DNA from: an uncultured Clostridia bacterium
Lineage (GTDB): Bacteria; Bacillota; Clostridia; TANB77; CAG-508
Direction: 5' to 3'
DNA length: 40,000 nt
NCBI GenBank assembly: GCA_947632535.1
Contig: CANRPR010000001.1
Span: 4,501-44,500 of the forward strand
Part shown: one piece after another, positions 9,861-18,225 of the stretch
How the letters are laid out: each line of letters opens with the position of its first letter
Position numbering within the stretch: the stretch's first letter is position 1
The notes under the pieces: model-generated
The model's database searches: none
The model's input: only the letters and a program-made list of their open reading frames with translations
Told to the model about the DNA's origin: nothing
Position numbers and translations under genes: made by a program

Positions 9861-11721
9861 TTAATTTTTCTTATTTGCAATTTGCAAAACTTTATTTACA
9901 AAAGAGAAATTTTGCTTTTTGCAATTATAATCAAAATTATATGTAACTAATTCTAATTTTCTTTTTGCTCTAGTCATTCCAACATAAAATAATCTAACTT
10001 CTTCATAGTATTTTTCTATATTTTTTGGTGAATCATCTACATTAGGTAAAATTCCATCTACTACATCTATTATAACTACATTTTCATATTCTAACCCTTT
10101 ACTAGCGTGTATAGTCGAAAGAATTATATTACTATCATATTCTTCATTTCCATTTTTTATTAGTTTCTCTAAATACTTTAATCTATTCCAAAAATCAGAC
10201 ATCGTTTTTTCTGTTTTAGCAATACTATATAAAACATTAATTTTTTCACAGTAAGAACCCACTTCTTCATCTGAAGTTCTACTTTCTAAAAACTGCCTAT
10301 ATTCTAAATTTTCTATAATTATTTGCATTGTAGAATATGCATCATTGCTAGATATGTTTTTTAACTCTCTTTTTACATTAATTAATTTCTTTGCTTGCCA
10401 TAATTGCAATGTAAAATTGTCTAATATGATATCTAGTATATTTTCTTCCTTTTTCATTAAAAGTTCTCTTACATCTTTTAGAATTTCTTTTCTTAAACCA
10501 CAATTTAATTTAAAATATATTTGTTCAAAAATTTCTATAGAACTAGTATTTCTTGAAAATTCATATATTAACTCTATATCCTTAATAATTCTATCTTCAA
10601 AGAAATTGTTATCTTGTCCTCTTATACAAAATTTTATGTTCTTTTTATCTAACCTATTTATAACAGGAATTGCAGAAGTATTATTTCTATACAAAATTGC
10701 AATTTGTTCTTTGGAGCTTTCCACTTTTTTGATTAAATAGTTATATTCTTCCTCCCTTGTAATCAAACTTTTGTGGATAATTGGTATATTCATACTTTGA
10801 TTTGGTACCATATTTTTTTCTTTTCGTTCTTTATTCAACTTAATAAATTCATTAGCAACTTTTATAATATTCGACGTACTTCTATAATTAGTTTCCATAT
10901 ATAGTGTTTTTGCTCCACTATAAATTTTATCAAACTCCAATAGTGCCTGTGGATATGCTGCTCTAAATTTATATATACTTTGATCTTCGTCACCTACCAT
11001 AAAAATATTTTTGTCTACTATTTTTCTTATTAATTCATGCTGAATTTTAGATGTATCTTGCGCTTCATCCACATTGATATATTTATACTGTCCTTTTATA
11101 TCATTTAAAATATCAGGACAAACTTGCAAAATTTTATTAGCATAAATTAGTTGATCATCAAAGTCCATTAGTTTATACTCTAACTTATATTTCTCATACA
11201 GACAATATATATTATAGAAGTTAATTCCTTCTATTTTTATTTTCTTAATCTCTTCTACTTCTAGCATTTTGTTTTTGCAGTATGAAATTTGATTTAATAT
11301 TTCCTTTATAATATTTTTGTTATCCTTTTGTACTCCATTGCAAAAATTCGCAATTATTTCACTTGGATTTTCTATTATTTTAAATATTTTTCTATTATAC
11401 TTCTTTTCATACTGTTTTAAAATCTGAACAGCAAAACTATGTATAGTTCTAAATTCTACCTTATCTGTATTTCCAAAAATGCTATAAAATCTTTCTTTCA
11501 TGTCTCGTGCTGCTGCAACACTAAATGTCAGCGTTAAAATGCTATCTGGTGCTATTTCTAAACAGTAAATCATATAGCCAATTCTAGAAACAATAACTGT
11601 AGTTTTACCACTTCCCGGAACAGCAAGAAGCAGTAATGGCCCACCGTGTTTCCAATACTGCTTTTTCCTGTTGTTTATTCAATTTTATTTGAAATTTTTG
11701 CGTAAACTCTTTATACTCCAT
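9861..11721 (-). CDS. UvrD/PcrA-family ATP-dependent DNA helicase. The frame shifts +1 at the in-frame CGG at 11646..11644.
   Basis: ATG 11721 (SD AGGTAGGA) gives MEYKEFTQKFQIKLNKQQEKAVLET, then CGG. The +1 frame continues GGPLLLLAVPGSGKTTVIVSRIGYMIYCLE (Walker A) into listed ORF 9861..11573 (DEAQDTS, VGDEDQSIYKFRAA, TIHASKGLEYENVV, VGMTRAKRKL). Confidence 0.8.
11644..11646 (-). other. In-frame CGG at the +1 frame break in the helicase (ACA CGG TGG read as ACA c GGT GGG CCA)
   Basis: The 0 frame stops 13 codons later (TAA at 11607). The +1 frame carries the Walker A motif. Confidence 0.85.
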
Positions 11722-11731
11722 CTATTCCTAC

Positions 11732-12229
11732 CTAATCAAAATATTTGCTTATTTGTTCTAATCCTTCAAATGACTTTTGTCTTAATATTTCATATACAAC
11801 TATTGCAACTGAATTTGATAAATTTAAAGACCTTAAAGTTTCTCTCATTGGTATCCTAATTGTTTTGTCTAAGTACTTTTGCAAAATATCCTCTGGCAAT
11901 CCTTTCGTTTCTTTACCAAATAGGACAAATACTTCATCAAAATCCTTATATATATCTTCCGAATATACTTGTTTTCCTTTTGTGGTTACAAAAAACATAT
12001 TATTTTTCTCTGGCGGATATTTTTCTAAAAACTGAGCAAATGAATCATGTTCCTCAATATCAAGTTTATCCCAATAATCTAATCCTGCCCTTTTTACTTC
12101 TTTTTCTGATAAATTAAAACCTAATGGTCTTACCAAATGCAATTTGCTACCTGTTGCAGCACAAGTTCTTGCAATGTTTCCAGTATTTTGTGGTATCTCT
12201 GGTTCAACTAATACTACATTTAACTTCAT
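11732..12229 (-). CDS. trmL: tRNA (cytidine/uridine(34)-2'-O)-methyltransferase, SpoU/TrmL family
   Basis: MKLNVVLVEPEIPQNTGNIARTCAATGSKLHLVRPLGF ... LNLSNSVAIVVYEILRQ. SD AAGGGAAG precedes the ATG at 12229, so the listed start at 12259 is probably too early. Confidence 0.85.
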   Translation of the reverse strand: MKLNVVLVEPEIPQNTGNIARTCAATGSKLHLVRPLGFNLSEKEVKRAGLDYWDKLDIEEHDSFAQFLEKYPPEKNNMFFVTTKGKQVYSEDIYKDFDEVFVLFGKETKGLPEDILQKYLDKTIRIPMRETLRSLNLSNSVAIVVYEILRQKSFEGLEQISKYFD

Positions 12230-12290
12230 AATTCTTCCCTTTCTTTTAGACATTTTCAACTTTCAATAATTATGCATCACTTTTAAGAAG

Positions 12291-12344
12291 CGTCCCTAAT
12301 TGGACAAAATGTCCAAAAAAGAACCGTCCCCAATTGGTCAAAAT
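12291..12344. repeat. Two 20-nt direct repeats, CGTCCCYAATTGGWCAAAAT, spaced 34 bp start to start
   Basis: Copy 1 is 12291..12310 and copy 2 is 12325..12344 (2 mismatches). Each contains the CCAATTGG/CTAATTGG palindrome. Copy 1 is followed by a GGAC-AAAAT-GTCC hairpin. Confidence 0.7.
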
Positions 12345-13162
12345 TTATAATAATATCTTTGTATTTCTGTCAATAAGCTATCTACATAAATCATGTTTCC
12401 ATCTACATCTTGTAATTTTATGTTTGGAAATGTTCTTAACATTTTTTTATCTCCCCAAAGTGTGTATATAATGTTTGACATTGTTTTGTTTGAATATATT
12501 TTATTATATGTTTCTATTATTTGTTCTTTGTTTTTTACATTCAGGTTATGCTGGGCTACTATTCTTATTTCAAATAGTTTTATTGCACATGCTGTTATTA
12601 TTAAATTTAAGAACATGAATATTATTATAACTGTTTCAATTGTTTTTAATAATTTTATGTTGATTTTGCTTTTTGTCCAGTTAATGATTTTATCTATTTG
12701 TGGATTAAAGAAATGTATTAGAAGGATTGCAAGAATCCCCCATAACATTGAAAAGTATATGCATATTCTTCCATTAATGTTAAGTGGCATATTAGAATAG
12801 TCCCACCATTTTACTTTTAATATAATTTCAGCAAGAAGGCTTATTGTATATTCAGTAATAGCACCTACTATGAATCCACCTAAAAATAGTGTTTTATAAT
12901 TTTTTTTAAATTTCTGCAAAGCTAAAATCATTATAATTGCTCCAACACCGTATATTGTGCAAAATGGTCCATATAGTACGCTGGTTCTATTTTCTAATAT
13001 TCCATGGTTAGTTATAAGGCAATATGTTGTTTCAACAAAGCAACCTATAATACTATAAATCATAAAATATGCAAATATTCTCCATATGCTAAACCCTAAT
13101 ATAGTAAATTTCTTTTTTGCTTCATTTTTTTGTATTATTAGTGTATTTTTCATAAATTTCAT
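12338..13162 (-). CDS. Multi-pass membrane protein (resembles the 'putative ABC-transporter type IV' membrane family)
   Basis: 274 aa with about 6 hydrophobic segments. The motif YSIIGCFVETTYCLI...NRTSVLYGPFCTIYGVGAI resembles that family. Function is unknown. Confidence 0.6.
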   Translation of the reverse strand: MKFMKNTLIIQKNEAKKKFTILGFSIWRIFAYFMIYSIIGCFVETTYCLITNHGILENRTSVLYGPFCTIYGVGAIIMILALQKFKKNYKTLFLGGFIVGAITEYTISLLAEIILKVKWWDYSNMPLNINGRICIYFSMLWGILAILLIHFFNPQIDKIINWTKSKINIKLLKTIETVIIIFMFLNLIITACAIKLFEIRIVAQHNLNVKNKEQIIETYNKIYSNKTMSNIIYTLWGDKKMLRTFPNIKLQDVDGNMIYVDSLLTEIQRYYYKF

Positions 13163-13550
13163 TCCATTCTGGTTTTACTTTTTTTAATTGTATTGGTTTT
13201 AAATTTAAATCTGTAAAACAGTGTTTTGTTTCTGCATTCATAACTATATGTCCTGTTTCTTTGTTTGTAATTTTATATTCCATTTCTAGTCTAATTCCAT
13301 TGTACTTTTTAAATTGAGTATCTATAACAATTATATCATCAAATTTTGCTGGAAATTTATATTCACAACTTACTGCTAAGGTTGGTATTAATATACCTGC
13401 TGCTTCAATTTCTTTGTATGGCATTCCCATTGCATCTAGCATATAACATCTTGCTTCTTCTAAAAACCTTATGTAATTTGAATGATGTACTATTCCCATT
13501 TTATCTGTTTCATAATAATTTATTCTTCTTTCAAATATCATTTTTTCCAC
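13122..13550 (-). CDS. Acyl-CoA thioesterase, 4HBT/YbgC family (hotdog fold)
   Basis: RINYYETDKMGIVHHSNYIRFLEEAR is typical of YbgC-type thioesterases, and the ~140 aa length fits. Confidence 0.8.
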   Translation of the reverse strand: MEKMIFERRINYYETDKMGIVHHSNYIRFLEEARCYMLDAMGMPYKEIEAAGILIPTLAVSCEYKFPAKFDDIIVIDTQFKKYNGIRLEMEYKITNKETGHIVMNAETKHCFTDLNLKPIQLKKVKPEWNEIYEKYTNNTKK

Positions 13551-13571
13551 TCTTTCTATTAATATATCCTA

Positions 13572-15428
13572 TTATCCTACTTCGTCATCACATTCTTCAA
13601 ATTGTGAATTATATAAGTCTGCATAAAATCCATCTTTTTGTAATAGCTCTTCGTGAGTTCCTTGTTCTACAATATCACCATGATTCATTACAAGTATTAA
13701 ATCTGCATTTTTAATAGTAGATAATCTATGTGCAATAATAAAACTTGTTCTTCCTTTCATTAAATTATCCATAGCATCTTGTATTTGAAGTTCTGTTCTT
13801 GTATCTATTGAACTTGTTGCTTCGTCTAAAATTAGGATTTTAGGATTTGCCAAAATAACACGAGCTATTGTCATTAACTGTTTTTGTCCTGCAGAAATAT
13901 TAGTGCTTTCTTCATTTATTACCATGTCATATCCTTTTGGCAAAGTTTTTATAAAATGATGTATATGTGCAGCTTTTGCTGCTTCAATTACTTCATTATC
14001 TGTTGCATCTGGATTTCCATATTTGATATTATCCCTTACAGTACCACCAAATAGCCATGTATCTTGTAATACCATACCAAATATCTTTCTAATTTCTCCT
14101 CTTTCAAAGTCTTGTATATTATGTCCATCTATTGAAATACTTCCATTTTCTACTTCATAAAATCTCATGAGTAATTTTACAATTGTTGTTTTTCCTGCAC
14201 CAGTTGGTCCAACAATTGCAACTTTTTGACCTTCTTTTATGTCTGCTGAAAAGTCATTTATAATAGTTCTATCTTCGTCATATCCAAATTTTACATGTTC
14301 AAATTTTACATTTCCTTTTAAATCTTCTACTAATTTACCTGCATTTAATTTTTCTTGTTCTTCTGGTTGCTCTAGAAATTCAAATACTCTTTCTGCAGAT
14401 GCTATCATGGCTTGTAACATACTTGAAATTTGTGCAATTTGGTTTATTGGTTGTGTAAACTGCTTGTTGTATTGTATAAATGATTGTATATTACCTACTG
14501 TTATTTTACCTTGTATTGCCAAGTATCCACCAACTATTGCAACTCCAACATAACCCACATTTCCAATAAAGTTCATTATTGGATGCATTAGTCCTGATAA
14601 AAATTGTGATTTCCAAGCTGAATTGTATAATTCTTCATTTGCTTTTCTAAACTCTTTTAATGTGTCTTCTTCTCCATTAAAAGCTTTTATTACTGTATAT
14701 CCACTATAAGCTTCTTCTACTTGCCCATTTACATGACCTAAATATTCTTGCTGTGCTGTAAAATATTTTTGAGATTTTCCAACGATTTTTTTAACTAGAA
14801 ATGCACTTATTGGTAATATTATTAATGAAATTAATGTCATAGTTCCACTTATAGAAAGCATCATTACTAAGATACCTATAATAGTGCAAATTGCCGTTAT
14901 TATTTGTGTAATGCTTTGGTTTAGGTTTTGGCTTAGCATATCTATATCATTTGTGATAATAGATAATACTTCTCCATTTGTTCTTTTATCAAAGAATCTC
15001 ATTGGTAATTTATTTATTTTTATTATTAAGTCATTACGCAATTTGTAAGTTAATTTTTGTGAAACTGTTGTCATCATAAATCCCTGTATAAATGAAAATA
15101 CTGCACTTAATACATATAATCCTAATAACATAAATAATATTTGTGCTATTTTATCAAAATTTATTCCTGTACCACCTGATATTTTTGATACTATTCCGTT
15201 AAATATCTCTGTTGTTGCATTACCTAATATTTTAGGTCCTACTATGGTAAATATTGTACCACCTATTGCAAATATAAATACAACTATTAATGCTATTTTG
15301 TATTTTGATAAATAATTATTAATTAATTTTTTAGTTGTTCCTTTAAAGTCTTTTGCTTTTTCTGTTGCAGGTCCAGCTCCTGGTCCTCTCATTCTCCTCA
15401 TTGGAGGCATTCTTCTATTATTTTCCAC
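13572..15428 (-). CDS. ABC exporter half-transporter (fused permease + ATPase)
   Basis: A 6-TM domain followed by Walker A GPTGAGKTT, signature ISAGQKQLMTIAR, and Walker B ILILDEATS. It overlaps the upstream partner gene by 11 nt. Confidence 0.9.
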   Translation of the reverse strand: MENNRRMPPMRRMRGPGAGPATEKAKDFKGTTKKLINNYLSKYKIALIVVFIFAIGGTIFTIVGPKILGNATTEIFNGIVSKISGGTGINFDKIAQILFMLLGLYVLSAVFSFIQGFMMTTVSQKLTYKLRNDLIIKINKLPMRFFDKRTNGEVLSIITNDIDMLSQNLNQSITQIITAICTIIGILVMMLSISGTMTLISLIILPISAFLVKKIVGKSQKYFTAQQEYLGHVNGQVEEAYSGYTVIKAFNGEEDTLKEFRKANEELYNSAWKSQFLSGLMHPIMNFIGNVGYVGVAIVGGYLAIQGKITVGNIQSFIQYNKQFTQPINQIAQISSMLQAMIASAERVFEFLEQPEEQEKLNAGKLVEDLKGNVKFEHVKFGYDEDRTIINDFSADIKEGQKVAIVGPTGAGKTTIVKLLMRFYEVENGSISIDGHNIQDFERGEIRKIFGMVLQDTWLFGGTVRDNIKYGNPDATDNEVIEAAKAAHIHHFIKTLPKGYDMVINEESTNISAGQKQLMTIARVILANPKILILDEATSSIDTRTELQIQDAMDNLMKGRTSFIIAHRLSTIKNADLILVMNHGDIVEQGTHEELLQKDGFYADLYNSQFEECDDEVG

Positions 15429-17580
15429 TATCTAATTCCTCCTTTGATAATTGTGATAATGCAATTTGTTTATATGTTTCGCAGTTTTCCATTAATTCCG
15501 TATGTGTGCCTTTACCCACAATTTTGCCTTCTTCTAGCACTATAATTTGGTTTGCATTCATTATTGTACTAATTCTTTGTGCTACAATAATAATTGTTTT
15601 ATTTTTTGTATTTTTTTCTAATGCTTCTCTTAGTTTTGCATCTGTTTTTAAATCTAATGCTGAAAAACTATCGTCAAAAATTAGAATTTCTGGATTTATT
15701 GCAATAGCTCTTGCTATTGATAAACGCTGTCTTTGTCCTCCAGATACATTGCTACCTCCTTGTGCAATCTCTGTTTTATATTTATCTTCTTTAGCATCTA
15801 TAAATTCTGTTGCTTGAGCTATTTGTGCTGCTTTTTGCATCATATCGTCATCCATATTTGAATTTCCATATTTTATATTACTTTCAATTGTTCCTGAAAA
15901 TAATAGTCCTTTTTGTGGAACAAAACCTATTCTTGCTCTTAGTTCTTTTTGAGAAACATCTTTAATATTTACTCCATCTACTAAAAGTTCTCCACCTGTC
16001 ACATCATAAAAACGAGGTATTAAATTTACAATGGTAGATTTTCCGCTTCCTGTACTTCCTATAATTGCTGTTGTTTTTCCTGGTTCTGCTACAAAATTTA
16101 TATCTGATAAAAGCTCTGTATCTGCATCAGGATATCTAAATGATACATTTTTAAATTCTACTGTTCCTTTTTTGCTGTTATCAAATTGCTTAGTTTTTTC
16201 TTTATCTTTTATATCTGGCTCGGTTTCTATTACTTCATTTATACGATTTGCAGAAACTGCTGCTCTTGGAAGCATAATTGAAATCATAGAAATCATTAAG
16301 AATGACATAACTATATGCATTGTATATTGTATGAATGCCATCATATCTCCAACCTGCATAATTCCGTTATCTATGTTGTGTCCTCCTACCCAGATAATTA
16401 ATAGCATTACACTATTCATTACGAACATTAAGCATGGCATCATCATGCTCATAGCTCTATTAACAAATATATTTGTTTTCATTAAATCTTGGTTTGCACC
16501 ATCAAATCTATTTTCTTCTCTTTTTTGAGTGTTAAATGCTCTAATAACAGGTAATCCTGTTAGAATTTCACGTGCTACTAGGTTTAATCTATCCACTAAA
16601 TTTTGCAATTTTTTGAATTTTGGCATTGCTACAATGAATAATACTAACACAATTCCTATTATACATGTAATTGCAAGTCCAATTATCCATGCCATTGATG
16701 TATTACTCTTAGTTAATACTCTGATAAATCCTCCTATTCCCATGATTGGTGCATAAACAACTACTCTAAATAGCATTGCTATTAACATTTGAATTTGTTG
16801 AATATCATTAGTGCTACGAGTTATTAAAGAAGCTGTTGAAAATTCTCTATATTCTTTATTAGAAAAGCTTAATACTTTCTCAAATACTTTATCTCTTAAT
16901 GTTCTTCCTAAGGTTGCCGCTACTTTTGACGATAAAAACATTATTGTAACAGCTGCAAGCATACTAACAAATGCTACTCCTAGCATTTGAACACCTGTGA
17001 GTAATATATAATTATTTTGTAAGTCGTCTAAATTTATGCCTAATGCACTATATTCTGCTTTTGTAGCTGAAATTACTGATTGTTTTAATATTGTATCTTG
17101 CATTTCATTTATTTGGTTAATTGCCTGTTCTTTTAATGCATTTTTTTGTGCCTCTGGTAATTGTGATATTTGTGTTTGAGTTGACATATATGCTATCATA
17201 AATGGCTTAGCCATTTTTTCATTTAAGTTTTCTCTATCTTTAGAGTTTAGTTTTTTTATTACATATATATCTTCATTTTCTAGTGCTGGATATTTGTTTA
17301 TGTATTTATTGTAATTTTCTGAATCTTGTTTTGTAATTAATGTATAGTTTTCTAGTATTTGGCTATCTTCTTCTGTAAAATTTAGCAAAATGTCCATCAT
17401 GCTTTTTCTTATTGCATCTGGTGCAACATTGGTTATTCCGCCTTGTTGTATACCTTCATTTACAATTTTTGATGTATAATCTGGTAAGGCTAAATCTGTT
17501 GTAGCTTGTAAGCATAATAACATAACAATTGCAACTACATGAAGCCATGTATATTTTAAGTTTTTTAAGACTTTTAGCAT
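15418..17580 (-). CDS. ABC exporter half-transporter (fused permease + ATPase) with a large extracytoplasmic insert after TM1
   Basis: Walker A GSTGSGKST, signature VSGGQRQRLSIARA, and Walker B ILIFDDSFSALD. SD GAAGGAGGAG precedes the ATG at 17580, so the listed start at 17610 is too early. Confidence 0.9.
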   Translation of the reverse strand: MLKVLKNLKYTWLHVVAIVMLLCLQATTDLALPDYTSKIVNEGIQQGGITNVAPDAIRKSMMDILLNFTEEDSQILENYTLITKQDSENYNKYINKYPALENEDIYVIKKLNSKDRENLNEKMAKPFMIAYMSTQTQISQLPEAQKNALKEQAINQINEMQDTILKQSVISATKAEYSALGINLDDLQNNYILLTGVQMLGVAFVSMLAAVTIMFLSSKVAATLGRTLRDKVFEKVLSFSNKEYREFSTASLITRSTNDIQQIQMLIAMLFRVVVYAPIMGIGGFIRVLTKSNTSMAWIIGLAITCIIGIVLVLFIVAMPKFKKLQNLVDRLNLVAREILTGLPVIRAFNTQKREENRFDGANQDLMKTNIFVNRAMSMMMPCLMFVMNSVMLLIIWVGGHNIDNGIMQVGDMMAFIQYTMHIVMSFLMISMISIMLPRAAVSANRINEVIETEPDIKDKEKTKQFDNSKKGTVEFKNVSFRYPDADTELLSDINFVAEPGKTTAIIGSTGSGKSTIVNLIPRFYDVTGGELLVDGVNIKDVSQKELRARIGFVPQKGLLFSGTIESNIKYGNSNMDDDMMQKAAQIAQATEFIDAKEDKYKTEIAQGGSNVSGGQRQRLSIARAIAINPEILIFDDSFSALDLKTDAKLREALEKNTKNKTIIIVAQRISTIMNANQIIVLEEGKIVGKGTHTELMENCETYKQIALSQLSKEELDSGK

Positions 17581-17621
17581 TTTTTCTCCTCCTTCATGAT
17601 AAAAACACATCGTATTTTATT

Positions 17622-17650
17622 ATTATATTCCATACTACGCCTTTTTTCAA
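17622..17650 (-). promoter_or_regulatory. Sigma-A promoter of the ABC exporter operon
   Basis: On the minus strand: TTGAAA (17650..17645), a 17-nt spacer, then TATAAT (17627..17622). Confidence 0.55.
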
Positions 17651-17652
17651 TT

Positions 17653-17674
17653 ATTTCTTTGTGATTTCTTTGTG
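17653..17674. repeat. Perfect tandem 11-bp repeat (ATTTCTTTGTG x2) just upstream of the ABC promoter -35 box
   Basis: 17653..17663 and 17664..17674 are identical. Confidence 0.85.
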
Positions 17675-17716
17675 AATTTGTTTTTATATGTTGTCTATTT
17701 AGGATTACTAATGATA

Positions 17717-17745
17717 AAAGAGTACTTCAAAATCTAGTACTCTTT
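17717..17745 (-). terminator. Hairpin that could terminate the orphan intergenic transcription unit
   Basis: AAAGAGTACT (17717..17726) pairs with AGTACTCTTT (17736..17745) around a 9-nt loop. On the minus strand it is followed by TTTATCATT, which is only moderately T-rich. Confidence 0.4.
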
Positions 17746-17982
17746 AATATTTTGCATAGTTTTGGACTTTCGCCATTTTGCTATCAGAACAAAACTACTA
17801 TTTATGTGTTTATGACATTGTCAACGGAATTAAACCTCTTTGATACAAATCCATTGTTTTAATATACTGTTAAATTTCTCGGTAGAATCCTTAAATTGCT
17901 ACCCATCCGGGATAGAAATTTTACATTTCTTCAAATGAATCAGATATATTAAATATATTTTATTCATTAGTGTATCGAAGTG

Positions 17983-18114
17983 CTAGAACGTGAGCACCGG
18001 GCGGAACCCATTATTGTTGTTCGCATTGCCATTAGTCGCATTCGAATTCAACACGCCTGCATTAGCTCCATTATTGCAATTGCCACCGCGAATCAAGAAC
18101 GGAATGCTAGCCAA
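17983..18114 (-). other. GC-rich island encoding a DGR variable/template-repeat-like sequence (C-type-lectin-fold VR consensus), as an orphan 43-codon ORF
   Basis: The minus-strand translation from TTG 18114 is MASIPFLIRGGNCNNGANAGVLNSNATNGNANNNNGFRPVLTF*. It is rich in AAT/AAC codons and ends in the GC-rich GGGTTCCGCCCGGTGCTCACG followed by a small hairpin. The surrounding DNA is far more AT-rich. Confidence 0.45.
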
Positions 18115-18180
18115 TTACCGATTTAATCCCTAAATAATTATATATCATATTTCCCATTTTTTAACAAGTCTTTATTTGCA

Positions 18181-18215
18181 AAAAGATATAGCTTGATAAT
18201 CAAACTATATCTTTT
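18181..18215 (-). terminator. Rho-independent terminator of the acyl-CoA ligase gene
   Basis: AAAAGATATAG (18181..18191) pairs with CTATATCTTTT (18205..18215), with a T-run on the minus strand. Confidence 0.75.
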
Positions 18216-18225
18216 TATTGTCACT

